Positions 1-10,963 of a stretch of 64,000 bases of DNA are shown here, one piece after another. Position 1 is the stretch's first letter; each line of letters begins with the position of its first letter. Position numbers and translations under genes: made by a program. Origin of the DNA: an uncultured Gammaproteobacteria bacterium (lineage in GTDB: Bacteria; Patescibacteriota; Patescibacteriia; Magasanikbacterales; UBA922); NCBI GenBank assembly GCA_964435035.1, contig CAYSXR010000001.1, positions 144,192 through 208,191 on the forward strand, given 5' to 3'. The notes beneath the pieces are model-generated. The model had not been told where the DNA came from and did no database searches. It saw nothing but the letters and a program-made list of their open reading frames with translations.

Positions 1-239
1 GTCGAAAGTAAAATACGCAACTGGTTGCGTCTAGTATGGTAGGTAGTATATACTAATTTCACCTCAAAATCAACCAGAATAAAGTTTAAAAGACCTAAAA
101 GGTTAAAGTAAGATTTTATCCGTTTCAATCCGTCAAATCCGTGTTATCTGTGTTCTATTGCACAACATTCGCTTAATGGAACACGGATTGAACGGATAAC
201 ACGGATATACACGGATTTTAATCAATGTAAATCAATATT

Positions 240-1604
240 ATGGTTTATCCAAAACACATATTTAAAGCATACGACATTCGTGGGCTTGCAGAATCAGAAC
301 TTTCAGAAGAACTCGCTTGGTCAGTAGGGCACACATTTGCTCATATACTTGAAAAAAACGGAGTAGCATTGTCGGGTCGCTCCATTGTGGTTGGGTATGA
401 CATGAGACCAACAAGTATTCCCTTTGCCAAAAAAGTAATTGAAGGAATCCAGGCGCATGGAGTGTCGGTCGTGGATATTGGGCTTACCTCGACTCCGGTA
501 TTTAATTTTGCGTGTGCACATTACCCAGCTCATGCGGGGGGAATTATGGTGACTGCAAGTCATAATCCTGCAGAATACAATGGATTCAAGTTGACGTATG
601 AAAACGGATTGGCATTGGGTACCGGAAGCGGGATGGAAGAACTCCGTGATTTGATTATTTCCAATTATCGAGAAGAAAAACCAGAAAAAGGAGGGTATAC
701 AACATATGCGGTAGTGGATGAATATGTAGCATATATTTTGAGCTTAGTAGATACCTCAAAAATTAGACCCATGAAAATCGTGGTCGATGCGGGAAATGGA
801 ATGGCAAGTGTCTCAATTCCAAAATTACTCGAAAAACTTCCAGTCACTGTTGAGTATCTATTTCTCGAACCAGATGGGACATTCCCAAATCATGAAGCAA
901 ATCCACTGAAAGAGGAAACATTGAGAGATCTTCAAAAGAAAGTAATAGAAAATAACGCAGATTTTGGATTTGCACTTGATGGTGATGCTGATCGTATTGG
1001 ATTGGTAGATGAAATGGGCGAAGTGGTACCTGCATCATTTGTGGGTGGGCTGGTAGGGCTTGAAATTTTGAAATTACATCCAGGAGCACACATGTTCTAC
1101 GATCTTCGTATGAGTCGAAGTGTCAAAGAAGCATGGGAATCACATGGAGCAACTACTGAGATATGTAAGGTAGGGCATGCCAATATTAAGCGTATGATGA
1201 AAGATAAGAAAGCAATATTTGCGGCTGAGCTATCACTTCATTTGTTCTATCAAGATACGCATGATGTGGAGTCTACTGATTTTTCATTATTACTTGTCTT
1301 ATTGATGCTTTCGGGCACCGATAAAAAATTAAACGAATTGTGGAGGCCATTGCAAAAATATGCACATTCAGGAGAAATTAATTTTCATGTGGAGAATGCC
1401 GATGTGATTATTTCAGAATTAAAAGAAACGTATGCGGATGCAAAAATTAACGAACTTGACGGGGTATTATTTGAATATCCCGAATGTTGGATTAGCGTAC
1501 GCAAGAGTAATACTGAGCCGGTATTAAGGTTGATTATTGAAGCTGAAGACAAAAAGAAAATGGACCAATTGGTCAAAGAGATTTCCGCGAGTATCAGTGC
1601 ATAG
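240..1604 (+). CDS. phosphomannomutase/phosphoglucomutase (alpha-D-phosphohexomutase family)
   Basis: 454-aa ORF; active-site phosphoserine loop TASHNPAEYNGFK; metal-binding DGDADR motif; phosphohexomutase domain order. Confidence 0.85.
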   Translation: MVYPKHIFKAYDIRGLAESELSEELAWSVGHTFAHILEKNGVALSGRSIVVGYDMRPTSIPFAKKVIEGIQAHGVSVVDIGLTSTPVFNFACAHYPAHAGGIMVTASHNPAEYNGFKLTYENGLALGTGSGMEELRDLIISNYREEKPEKGGYTTYAVVDEYVAYILSLVDTSKIRPMKIVVDAGNGMASVSIPKLLEKLPVTVEYLFLEPDGTFPNHEANPLKEETLRDLQKKVIENNADFGFALDGDADRIGLVDEMGEVVPASFVGGLVGLEILKLHPGAHMFYDLRMSRSVKEAWESHGATTEICKVGHANIKRMMKDKKAIFAAELSLHLFYQDTHDVESTDFSLLLVLLMLSGTDKKLNELWRPLQKYAHSGEINFHVENADVIISELKETYADAKINELDGVLFEYPECWISVRKSNTEPVLRLIIEAEDKKKMDQLVKEISASISA

Positions 1605-1608
1605 AATT

Positions 1609-3060
1609 TTAAGACTTTAATTCCTGCTGTAGTTCAATTAGAATAATTTTTTTGATGTCATCGACTAAACCTTCCTCATCTGTATAAGAGTCTTCAATTT
1701 CTTGCTCAAAGGAATCTTCGGAAATAGTTATGCCAGTACCGGCAAATTGTTCGTGGAAACTTCCAAATACATGAAGATCATTTTTTATCTGAAGAGTTGG
1801 AAATGTTTGGTGTAATTTATGTATGATTGTGTCAGCTAGTAAAATATCCTGCTCTCTGTTTCTTTCGGGTGAAACAAAGCTGTGGTACGTGGGAGTTTTT
1901 GCAGGTTCAACAGATGTATGGTAAACAGAATTATAGGTTTCTCCTATACCGAGATTGATTTTGACGGACTCTGTTGCGTAGGCACTTTTTTCTGGGAATA
2001 CCATTAACACGTCATTCCAAATGGTGATTGCACGTTCTTGTGCCAAAAAGCCTAACTCGAGCATAGCAGCCGTAGTCATTTTACTTTTTCCTAGGAATAT
2101 TTCATTAAATGCCTCTATTTTCCGATGCAAAGAGTAACGTTGTGCGTCTTTTTCAATAAGTTGTGCTTGTATAGTTTCCACTGCTTCTCTGCAGCTAGAG
2201 CGTTTATATGAAAATAAAATTGCCTTCATCTCTTTTTTTTTGGTGCGTCCTACGACATCGCCGACCATATCTTTATCATCGCAGGTTTTTAAAAATTCGA
2301 TAACTTCGTTATATAACAAAATTACCTCTGTTTCGGTAATATATTTATTTTGTAATTTTGTTGCGATTTCATTTTTTTTATAAATGTAATCTCGAATTTG
2401 TTGTTGGGTCCACTTGTCTAAGATCGTATCAATATCAATCATTCCTTCAGTCATCAAATTTTCAATGAGGGTGTGTGTAGGAATTTTCTCTTCGTTGTAG
2501 TGATAACGTGGTGTATATATTTTATTTTTAGGATCGGTAATATTAGTGAGTTCTCCGCGATTTCCAAAATTAGGATAATGAGGTGAAGAGCCATGTACCT
2601 CAATTTGATTGCCTTCAAATAATCCATACTGTCCGTCATATTGACAAGATAGGATAATCAGGTGGGCTGGGCGTATCGAAATAGAAAATTCATTGGGTTC
2701 TTTTTTTTGTCTATCAGACTGTGTTTGGTTGACTTGGGTTGATGGAGATTCAATAAGTCTGATTAATCTTCGTAAAAAGGAGGTAGTCAATTTTTTTTCA
2801 TGAGTAAGATCAACAGAAGTAATCTCATTCGGAGGAATTTTATTAGATAAATCTGGAATCAGTGCAGCTAGTTCTGCATCAATACAGCATGAAGATGTAT
2901 CTTTATCCCAGTCAACATCTTCTTCAAAAGAATCCAATGTTGCGTTTAACCATTGAAGCACGTGTTCACGAACTTCTCGTTTTTTTTCAGTTTCTAGATT
3001 AGGTTTTGTTTCGATTTTATTAAATTCGTCTGGTCTATGGTGAGACTCTGGGTTAGACAT
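1609..3060 (-). CDS. hypothetical protein (acidic, cytoplasmic-looking; no family recognised)
   Basis: 483-aa uninterrupted ORF with host-like AT-rich codon usage; tightly packed between manB stop and htpX. Confidence 0.5.
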   Translation of the reverse strand: MSNPESHHRPDEFNKIETKPNLETEKKREVREHVLQWLNATLDSFEEDVDWDKDTSSCCIDAELAALIPDLSNKIPPNEITSVDLTHEKKLTTSFLRRLIRLIESPSTQVNQTQSDRQKKEPNEFSISIRPAHLIILSCQYDGQYGLFEGNQIEVHGSSPHYPNFGNRGELTNITDPKNKIYTPRYHYNEEKIPTHTLIENLMTEGMIDIDTILDKWTQQQIRDYIYKKNEIATKLQNKYITETEVILLYNEVIEFLKTCDDKDMVGDVVGRTKKKEMKAILFSYKRSSCREAVETIQAQLIEKDAQRYSLHRKIEAFNEIFLGKSKMTTAAMLELGFLAQERAITIWNDVLMVFPEKSAYATESVKINLGIGETYNSVYHTSVEPAKTPTYHSFVSPERNREQDILLADTIIHKLHQTFPTLQIKNDLHVFGSFHEQFAGTGITISEDSFEQEIEDSYTDEEGLVDDIKKIILIELQQELKS

Positions 3061-3070
3061 ATGTATTATC

Positions 3071-3943
3071 TTACATTGTTCTCAGTCTCTTAACTCTTTC
3101 CTCAATCGGTGGGTGAGTAGAAAAAGCATTCGCAAACATTTTGCCTTTAAACGGATTTGAAATGAATAGATGAGCCGTTGCAGAGTTTGCAGTTTTCAAG
3201 GGTACATTTGATTGTTGAATTTTCTCGAGTGCCTTTGCTAGGCCTTCAGGGTATCGGGTCATGAGAGCCCCAGACGCATCAGCTAGATATTCACGTTTGC
3301 GTGAAACTGCAAGCTTGATAAGCTCTGCAATAATCGGGGAGAGGATGAGTAATACAATCCCAACGATTGCGAGAACTCCACCTGCTTTACTATCAGAATC
3401 ACGTTTTCCGCCAAAAAGACCAAATCGGAAAAACATATCAGCGAGAAGCGATACGGTTCCTACTAGTACAATGACAATGGTCATGACGCGAATATCAAAA
3501 TTTTTGACGTGTGATAATTCGTGTGCGAGTACCCCTTCAAGCTCTTCATTTTCAAGTGCATTGATAAGTCCGGTAGTAACGGCAATTGAAGCATGTTCAG
3601 GATCTCGTCCAGTCGCAAATGCATTTAAGGCAGGAGAATCGATAATGTGTACGCGTGGCGTAGACATGCCATTGGCAATTGCGAGGTTTTCTACCATGCG
3701 ATACACATAGGGATTATCTTCTTTTTTAATTTCCTTGGCACCGGTGGATCGGAGTGCAATTGCATCACCTTTGTAATACGAGATAAGAGTCATAACAATC
3801 GAGATGATGAATGCGAGGAAAACAGACTCGTATCCAAGACCAAGATAACTCGCGCCAAGCCAGCCAAGTCCAATGATGAATGCACAAAAAATTGCGATAA
3901 GCATTCTCGTTTTTCGTTTATTACTGTCGATTTGGCTATACAT
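3071..3943 (-). CDS. htpX: zinc metalloprotease HtpX (peptidase M48)
   Basis: N-terminal TM helices; HELSHV (HExxH) zinc motif; typical HtpX length; adjacent lemA as in many genomes. Confidence 0.85.
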   Translation of the reverse strand: MYSQIDSNKRKTRMLIAIFCAFIIGLGWLGASYLGLGYESVFLAFIISIVMTLISYYKGDAIALRSTGAKEIKKEDNPYVYRMVENLAIANGMSTPRVHIIDSPALNAFATGRDPEHASIAVTTGLINALENEELEGVLAHELSHVKNFDIRVMTIVIVLVGTVSLLADMFFRFGLFGGKRDSDSKAGGVLAIVGIVLLILSPIIAELIKLAVSRKREYLADASGALMTRYPEGLAKALEKIQQSNVPLKTANSATAHLFISNPFKGKMFANAFSTHPPIEERVKRLRTM

Positions 3944-4057
3944 ACATTAATAATAGAACACAGATCTAACGGATTGAACGGAATTGAAACGGATTTAATT
4001 TCTTAATTTCCAATTTCTCAATTTCGTATTTATTTTATCTGTGGTGAGAGGCTAATC

Positions 4058-4621
4058 CTAGAAAGTAACCTTCACATTTTCCCTCTCCTTCGCATCTTCG
4101 ATTTCGAAGTATTCAAACTTAGTGAATTTCAATTGTCCTGCAATCATGTTGTTTGGGAATGATTCAATTTTGGTATTGAAATCACGAACCATGGTGTTAT
4201 AGAAGCGACGCGATGCTTGTATTTTGTTCTCAGTATCTGATAATTCATCCATCAATTGTGCAACATTCGTATTTGCCTTGAGATCTGGATATGCTTCGAA
4301 AGCGACTTGTAATTTACCAAGACTACTTCCGAGCATGCTTTCAGCTGAGGCAAGAGCCTGAGTGTCGCCACTGCTTTGAGCAGACATTGCTGCTGTTCGG
4401 TATTTGGTTACATTTTCAAGAATTTCACGTTCATGAGTCATGAATCCTTTGACACTAGCGATTAAGTTGGGGATGAGATCATGGCGGCGTTTGAGCTGTA
4501 CATCAATATCACTCCATCCTTCTTGGGTACGGTTGCGAAGCCGGATAAGAGCGTTATAGAGAAAAATAACCCAGAGCACAATTACTCCTACTACTATTAA
4601 TACAATAACAAGTGGGGGCAT
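4058..4621 (-). CDS. lemA: LemA family membrane protein
   Basis: 187 aa; N-terminal TM followed by the LemA-like stretch LIRLRNRTQEGWSDIDVQLKRRHDLIPNL; conserved lemA-htpX gene pair. Confidence 0.8.
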   Translation of the reverse strand: MPPLVIVLIVVGVIVLWVIFLYNALIRLRNRTQEGWSDIDVQLKRRHDLIPNLIASVKGFMTHEREILENVTKYRTAAMSAQSSGDTQALASAESMLGSSLGKLQVAFEAYPDLKANTNVAQLMDELSDTENKIQASRRFYNTMVRDFNTKIESFPNNMIAGQLKFTKFEYFEIEDAKERENVKVTF

Positions 4622-4812
4622 AGAGACATGATTAAGATTAACAATTTAAAATGAGTAACTAACAAGTGGTATTATGTTAGCCTTTCGCTGTTTAACGTTG
4701 CTTAAATGAAATTCATTCGGCTATTGAATAAAGGGCCTATGTGTGAAATAATTAGAACCGTACAATTTAATTGTAGAGAAAGTTTAACATTTGGTCAATA
4801 CTAAGCGAATTT

Positions 4813-5982
4813 ATGGTCACTATCCTATTGTTTATTGTTATACTTGGTGTTTTGGTAGTAGTACATGAATGGGGACATTATTACAGTGCAAAAAAATTTG
4901 GTATCAAAGTCCATGAATTTGGTTTTGGCTATCCACCGCGCGCTTTTGGGTGGTATCGTGATCCAAAGACCAAAAAGATCGTCTGGATCTGGGGAAAAGG
5001 TAAAAGTAGTCTCAAAGAGACGGTATCGGGTAATGAACAAAATTCTGAATTTCCTGGAATGCTTTGGAGTATAAATTGGCTTCCACTTGGTGGATTTGTG
5101 CGTATCAAGGGTGAGAATGGCGAACGAGCTAAGGAAGCTGATAGTTTTGGATACCATAAAGCGTGGAAACGAATTACTGTGTTAGCGGCTGGTGTCATTA
5201 TGAATTTTATTCTTGCTGCAGTGGTGCTGGGGTTTGGATTTATGATTGGACTTCCCACAGATCTGTCGGAGGGAATAGATAAACATGCACAAATCGTTGA
5301 AGCTCCAAGTGTTATCGTAGAATCAGTAGAAGAAGGATTGCCCGCTGATGTTGCAGGTATGGTATTTGGGGACAAAATTACTTCAGTCGATGGAGTTCTT
5401 GTAGCTGGGGCGAACGACTTAATTGAATATATCAAGACACATGGAGACAATGAAGTCACGGTGCGTATCATGCGTGGACAAGAAGAGCTTGATATAAAAC
5501 TTACGCCTACCGTGACAGATGGGGAGAGCGCTCCTCGACTTGGAATTTCGATTGCTGAAGCGGGAATCATTAGATACCCATGGTACATAGCAATCTATAA
5601 AGGATTTGCTGCGGCAGGAATTGGTCTTATAACGATATTTGTTTCATTTTATTATCTCATTGGAAGCCTTGTTACTGGGCAGGGTCTCATGTTTGATATC
5701 GCAGGGCCTGTGGGAATTGCGCAGATTGTAGGACAGAGCGCAAAACTTGGTTTCCATTATGTGTTAAATGTCGTCGCCATGCTCTCTCTTAGTCTTGCGG
5801 CGATTAATATTTTACCTATTCCAGCGCTAGATGGGGGACGTATCTTGTTTATCATCATTGAAAAAATTATTGGTCGACCAGTATCCATGAAATACGAGCA
5901 ACTTGCACATACGATTGGATTTCTATTATTAATGGCCCTTGTTGTAGTGGTCACCTGGAGAGATATCGCAAAACTCTTTTAA
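4813..5982 (+). CDS. rseP: RIP metalloprotease RseP / site-2 protease (peptidase M50) with PDZ domain
   Basis: HEWGHYYSAKK HExxH motif in TM1; central PDZ-like segment; C-terminal LSLAAINILPIPALDGGRILF motif. Confidence 0.85.
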   Translation: MVTILLFIVILGVLVVVHEWGHYYSAKKFGIKVHEFGFGYPPRAFGWYRDPKTKKIVWIWGKGKSSLKETVSGNEQNSEFPGMLWSINWLPLGGFVRIKGENGERAKEADSFGYHKAWKRITVLAAGVIMNFILAAVVLGFGFMIGLPTDLSEGIDKHAQIVEAPSVIVESVEEGLPADVAGMVFGDKITSVDGVLVAGANDLIEYIKTHGDNEVTVRIMRGQEELDIKLTPTVTDGESAPRLGISIAEAGIIRYPWYIAIYKGFAAAGIGLITIFVSFYYLIGSLVTGQGLMFDIAGPVGIAQIVGQSAKLGFHYVLNVVAMLSLSLAAINILPIPALDGGRILFIIIEKIIGRPVSMKYEQLAHTIGFLLLMALVVVVTWRDIAKLF

Positions 5983-6042
5983 AACATTGATTTAGACAGA
6001 TTAAAACGGATTACGCAGAAAATATTTATCAGTCTAAATCAA

Positions 6043-7098
6043 TTGAATCTGTGTAATCAATGTTATATGATTGAAAAATTAGAAAGTATAAAAAAAGAAG
6101 CAATTACTGAGGTCAAAAAAGTAACGTCACTTATTGACCTTGAAGCTGTGCGTGAACGTTTTTTTTCTCGGAAAACGGGCACCTTTACAGTGCTTGTAAA
6201 AAACATGAAAGGATTGTCAGATGCTGAACGCAAAGCAGTGGGGCAAAAAATAAATGAAGTGAAAGTCGCGATTGAATCTGAATTTGAAAACAAAAAAGGA
6301 GAGTTTGAAAGCCAAGTATGGGATTCAATTGGAAAAACTGAGGTGCTTGATGTAACCCAACCAAAAGTTGAAGGAGTTAGTCGGGGCCATGTTCATCCAA
6401 TGTCTGCTGTCCACACTGAACTTGAGGATTTGTTTACCTCAATGGGATTCATTCTTCTTGATGGTCCTGAGCTTGAGAGTGAATATTATAATTTTGATGC
6501 CTTGAATATTCCAGAGAACCATCCAGCAAGAGATTCACAAGATACTTTTTTTATCAAAGATCATACTGAATGGGTGATGCGCACACACACCAGTCCGGTA
6601 CAGATCCGTGCAATGCAAAAATATGGCGCACCTTTGCGTGCAGTCGTCTCTGGTCGCTGTTTTAGAAATGAGTCAACTGATGCAAGTCACGAACATACAT
6701 TTTATCAAATGGAAGGTATTGTAATTGATAAAAATATTTCAATTGCAAACCTAATCGGGGTTATGAAAGAATTATTAAAAGGTGTACTCCGAAAAGATGT
6801 TGAAGTACGATTGCGCCCTGGATATTTTCCTTTTGTTGAACCGGGATTTGAACTTGATATGAAATGTTTGGTATGTGCGGGGGTAGGATGTGGTGCATGC
6901 AAACATAGTGGTTGGATCGAAACTTTGCCATGCGGTTTAGTTCACCCGAAAGTAATTGAAGCAGGAGGACTTGATCCGAAAGTATGGAGCGGTTTTGCAT
7001 TTGGTCTAGGATCCATGCGTCTCTGTATGCAAAAATATGGAATTGAAGATATTCGCCAATTGCATGGTGGAAATTTAAGTTTTCTTGAACAGTTTTAA
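6043..7098 (+). CDS. pheS: phenylalanine--tRNA ligase alpha subunit
   Basis: class II aaRS motifs (FRNESTDASHEHTFYQMEG; GSMRLCMQKYGIEDIRQL); immediately followed by pheT; true start may be the in-frame ATG at 6067. Confidence 0.9.
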   Translation: MNLCNQCYMIEKLESIKKEAITEVKKVTSLIDLEAVRERFFSRKTGTFTVLVKNMKGLSDAERKAVGQKINEVKVAIESEFENKKGEFESQVWDSIGKTEVLDVTQPKVEGVSRGHVHPMSAVHTELEDLFTSMGFILLDGPELESEYYNFDALNIPENHPARDSQDTFFIKDHTEWVMRTHTSPVQIRAMQKYGAPLRAVVSGRCFRNESTDASHEHTFYQMEGIVIDKNISIANLIGVMKELLKGVLRKDVEVRLRPGYFPFVEPGFELDMKCLVCAGVGCGACKHSGWIETLPCGLVHPKVIEAGGLDPKVWSGFAFGLGSMRLCMQKYGIEDIRQLHGGNLSFLEQF

Positions 7099-7100
7099 TT

Positions 7101-9566
7101 ATGCTTATTTCATACAAGTGGCTCAAACAATACGTCGATCTTCCAGACTCTCTGTCGCCTGCAGAGCTGGGTTTGGCATTGACTATGTCGACGGTCGAAG
7201 TCGAAGGAGTGGAGTATCAGGGAAAACAATTTGAAAATTTGGTCGTTGGTATCATACAAAAAGTAAAAAAACATGAAAATGCTGACTCGCTCAAAGTGTG
7301 TGATGTAGATGCGGGGAGTGAAATAGTACAAATTGTGTGTGGTGGATCAAATGTACGTGAAGGAATGAAAGTTATTTTAGGAAAAGTTGGTGCACGGGTG
7401 AAATGGCATGGGGAAGGAGAGCTTGTGGAACTTGCTCCAACAAAAATTCGCGGAGTTGAATCATTTGGCATGATTTGCGGGTCAGATGAAGTTGGTCTCC
7501 TTGAAATGTTTCCAAAAAAAGAAGAAAAAGAAATCGCAGACTTATCAAAAGTCAAAGCAAAGGCAGGGACTCCGCTTGCAGAAGCGCTGGAGCTTAATGA
7601 TGTGGTAATTGAGGTGGATAATAAATCAATCAATCATCGTCCAGACCTGTGGGGGCACTATGGAATGGCTCGTGAAGTTGCTGCAAAATACCGAAAGAAA
7701 TGGTCAGTGTACACAGTTCCTGAGATAAAAGAAGGTGGTGAGAAAAAAATTAAAGTCACGATTGAGGATGCGGCGAATTCAATGAAATATACGGCGGTTG
7801 CACTGGATGGGATAACTATTGGTCCATCGCCCGAAAAACTGCAAGCGCGCCTCCGAGCTGTGGGAATTCGTCCGATCAATAATATTGTCGACATTACTAA
7901 CTACGTCATGTGTGATTTGGGTCAGCCAATGCATGCATTCGATAGTTCAAAACTCAAAAGTCAAAAGTCGAAACTAGAGATTTCAGTTAGAAGGGCAAAG
8001 CCTGGAGAGACACTGGTTGGAATTGATGGAAAAGAGCGAAATTTAAATGAAGAGATGCTTGTTATTGCAGATAGTGAAAAGCCAATCGCGCTTGCTGGAA
8101 TTATTGGTGGAAAAGAGACTGAAATTACTGATTCTACTACTTCAATTATTTTTGAGTCGGCTCATTTTAATGCTGCATTGATCAGAAAAACTACCACCAA
8201 ACTTGGACTCCGGACTGATTCAAGTTCTCGATTTGAAAAAAGTTTGGATCCGAATAATTGTATCTATGCACTTAAACGTGCGGTTGAACTCACACTCGAA
8301 GTCTGTTCTGGGGCACGAGTAGTGAGTAATATTGCTGAAAAGGGAAAATCAATTGTGTTCACGGGTCCAATTACTATTACCAAAAAATTTATTGATACAA
8401 AAATAGGAGCGAGTATTCCTACCAAAGAATGTGTACGAATTTTGGAAAATCTAGGATTTGGTGTTGCGGTTAGTGGTAAAAAAGAGGAAGAAACTCTGAA
8501 GATTGAGGTACCAAGCTGGAGAGGGACTAAAGATATCTCAACCCCCGAAGACATGGTTGAAGAAATCGCACGCATGTATGGATATGGAAATGTGGAAACA
8601 ACACTGCCTATGTTTACGATTACTCCACCCGAGCGAAATGAAGTGAAAATGGTGGAAAGAAAAGTTAGAAACACACTTTCGACCATGTTTGGGTTTACTG
8701 AAACTTTGAATTATTCTTTTGTTTCACCGCGATTGCTGCAGTTATTACATCTTGATGTGTCAGAACATATCGAACTTGCAAATCCAATTGCAAGTGACCG
8801 TCCATATCTTCGTCGAAGTTTATTGCCAAATATATTGGAATTAGTAGAAAGAAATTCGCATGAATATGATGAGGTGAAAGTGTATGAAATTGGAAAAACG
8901 TATCTGAGAGAAGAAGCGGGTCCACGTGTATCTGAAAGTGGTGATGATTTATTACCACGACAAGATGTGGTGTTGGGAATTGCCTGTTTGAAAAAAGGGG
9001 AAAACACTCCATTCTTTACTGTTGCAGAAGCAATTCGAGAAATTGGAAAAGTCTCTGGGGTTGAGCTCGTAATTGAACCAATGGTTGCTTCAGCTGACTA
9101 TATACACCCAGGTCGTGTTGCAAGAGTTGCAACAGCATCCGGAGACTATGTGGGTGATATGTTTGAACTTCACCCGAAGATTGCACAGGATTTTGGTTTT
9201 TCTGATCGAGTTGCATATGCAGAATTAAATCTACGTGTACTATCTGAATTCGCTCGTACTCATTCAAATTATAAGGCACTTTCATTATATCCAGTAGTTG
9301 TCCGTGATGTTGCATTTGCTGTACAGACTATGGTATTCCATCGTGATATCCACACAGCACTTGTAGAAGCTCATCCATTAATTACCTCAGTAACACTTTT
9401 TGATGTGTTTGAGGGAAAAAATGTGGGAGAGGGGAAGAAAAGTATGGCATATCGGATTACATATCAATCAAAAGAAAAAACACTGGAGACGTCTGAAATT
9501 GATGAGGCACATAAAACAGTAGAAAAAATTCTCAAAGAAAAATTCAAAGCTGAAATTCGAACCTAA
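7101..9566 (+). CDS. pheT: phenylalanine--tRNA ligase beta subunit
   Basis: 821 aa; N-terminal tRNA-binding (EMAP-like) domain, B3/4 and B5 regions, C-terminal FDX-ACB-like region; 3-nt spacer after pheS. Confidence 0.9.
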   Translation: MLISYKWLKQYVDLPDSLSPAELGLALTMSTVEVEGVEYQGKQFENLVVGIIQKVKKHENADSLKVCDVDAGSEIVQIVCGGSNVREGMKVILGKVGARVKWHGEGELVELAPTKIRGVESFGMICGSDEVGLLEMFPKKEEKEIADLSKVKAKAGTPLAEALELNDVVIEVDNKSINHRPDLWGHYGMAREVAAKYRKKWSVYTVPEIKEGGEKKIKVTIEDAANSMKYTAVALDGITIGPSPEKLQARLRAVGIRPINNIVDITNYVMCDLGQPMHAFDSSKLKSQKSKLEISVRRAKPGETLVGIDGKERNLNEEMLVIADSEKPIALAGIIGGKETEITDSTTSIIFESAHFNAALIRKTTTKLGLRTDSSSRFEKSLDPNNCIYALKRAVELTLEVCSGARVVSNIAEKGKSIVFTGPITITKKFIDTKIGASIPTKECVRILENLGFGVAVSGKKEEETLKIEVPSWRGTKDISTPEDMVEEIARMYGYGNVETTLPMFTITPPERNEVKMVERKVRNTLSTMFGFTETLNYSFVSPRLLQLLHLDVSEHIELANPIASDRPYLRRSLLPNILELVERNSHEYDEVKVYEIGKTYLREEAGPRVSESGDDLLPRQDVVLGIACLKKGENTPFFTVAEAIREIGKVSGVELVIEPMVASADYIHPGRVARVATASGDYVGDMFELHPKIAQDFGFSDRVAYAELNLRVLSEFARTHSNYKALSLYPVVVRDVAFAVQTMVFHRDIHTALVEAHPLITSVTLFDVFEGKNVGEGKKSMAYRITYQSKEKTLETSEIDEAHKTVEKILKEKFKAEIRT

Positions 9567-9580
9567 TTTAGTTAATTTAA

Positions 9581-10822
9581 ATGCCTGTTATGAAAATTAT
9601 TGAGATATTTGTGTGGTCAATTATAGTGACACTTGCTTTTGTCTACGCAGTAATTTTTCAGTGGATAATAAATCCACCCACTGTGCGAATGTCCAAGGTG
9701 GTTGCTCCAACTTCAACACCTGAAAATCAATTAGTAGAAAATGCTGAGAAAAAAGAGGGTATATGGGCTTTGCGATGGAAAGATGGTGAAGGTGAGGTAA
9801 TTCTCACAACATCAACAAATAAGAATGCGTGGTTAGGTTATTATCCAGATTCACTTGTTGTGCACTATAAGAAAGAAAACAAAGATCTTGTAGCTTTTTT
9901 CAAAGAGACCATAAGTCTTAAAGATGACACAAATATAATTTCTCATCAGCTTGTTTTGTTTGATGTGCTTACTAAAAAATCGAGTATTATTTTTGAATTA
10001 GAAAAGAAGGAGGGTGTTGTACCGCAGCAATTGGTATTAATTGGTGATACGGTGTACTTCTCTTTTACACGTGGGGAAGATGTGCTTGATAATAGTGTGA
10101 ATTATATCGATCTTTCAGAAAATAACATTTCGGTAAAAAAAATAATGGCTTCGGGTGCGAATCATTTGATTCAAAGATGGGGATATTATTGGTTAGAGGG
10201 TGGGTATGGGCATGCGGGAGCGTATGATAGTACTATGGTTTTTTTTGACACCGTTTCAAAGAAAACGGGTGAAGTCATTATTAGTGGATATGGGGGTGAG
10301 GAAGGATCGGATCTATTGGGTGTGACAAAGGATGGCATGGTTGTAATAGGATTTAAAAAGGAAGTAGGGGAAGAAGGGGGATGGGATATCACTGTTTATA
10401 ATAAGGTAACTACACATTTATTGAATAATGAAAATAAAAATACTGTAACACTCTTTGACGTAAGCGACATGCCGACGAATGTAGAAGATATTTTTTATAG
10501 AGAGGAAGAAAATGACCTATACTTAGTAGGTGATGAAGTGTGGTTATATGATTTTGATACCAAAAATACGGTAAAGATACGTCTCGATCAAAGTATGGTA
10601 GGTTTACGTATAACAAAATTTTTCGAGGGAGGTAGAAAGGTATGTTTGAGCAGTAGTCGATCCTGGAATGTAGGGGTACGCGCAATATGGAATACAGAAA
10701 ATAATTCAGTAGACTATTCTGATGTTTTATCATGCGAATCAAAAGCAGAAGATGAATCTATCAAAGCTCATTCGTTATTGCGTGAAGAGCTACCATTACA
10801 ATTGGAAGTTGTGGAAATATAG
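9581..10822 (+). CDS. hypothetical membrane-anchored protein (N-terminal TM, beta-rich ectodomain)
   Basis: 413-aa ORF; hydrophobic N-terminus IIEIFVWSIIVTLAFVYAVIF; followed by a rho-independent terminator. Confidence 0.5.
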   Translation: MPVMKIIEIFVWSIIVTLAFVYAVIFQWIINPPTVRMSKVVAPTSTPENQLVENAEKKEGIWALRWKDGEGEVILTTSTNKNAWLGYYPDSLVVHYKKENKDLVAFFKETISLKDDTNIISHQLVLFDVLTKKSSIIFELEKKEGVVPQQLVLIGDTVYFSFTRGEDVLDNSVNYIDLSENNISVKKIMASGANHLIQRWGYYWLEGGYGHAGAYDSTMVFFDTVSKKTGEVIISGYGGEEGSDLLGVTKDGMVVIGFKKEVGEEGGWDITVYNKVTTHLLNNENKNTVTLFDVSDMPTNVEDIFYREEENDLYLVGDEVWLYDFDTKNTVKIRLDQSMVGLRITKFFEGGRKVCLSSSRSWNVGVRAIWNTENNSVDYSDVLSCESKAEDESIKAHSLLREELPLQLEVVEI

Positions 10823-10883
10823 TGATCATAAAAAATGAGTATCTTAGAACCGGGATGATTTGATAATGTGAAATAAGTACTTA

Positions 10884-10914
10884 TACACACCTGAATTCAG
10901 GTGTGTTTATTTTT
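10884..10914 (+). terminator. rho-independent terminator (ACACACCTGAATTCAGGTGTGT + T-run)
   Basis: perfect 8-bp stem with loop followed by TTTATTTTT immediately after the 9581..10822 CDS. Confidence 0.6.
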
Positions 10915-10963
10915 GATCAACAAATTATGGTATACTGTATTTATTAACTTTGTATGCCTGTCT

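Noticed and set aside
110-225. Possible DnaA-box cluster / oriC
   Set aside because: Repeats are TTATCCGTG-like, two mismatches from the TTATCCACA consensus. There is no dnaA/dnaN nearby, and the same motif recurs upstream of htpX and pheS, which fits a regulator site better than an origin.
3261-4006. ORFs 3261..3710(+) and 3647..4006(+)
   Set aside because: Antisense to htpX. Low-complexity Ser/Arg/Ile-rich translations.
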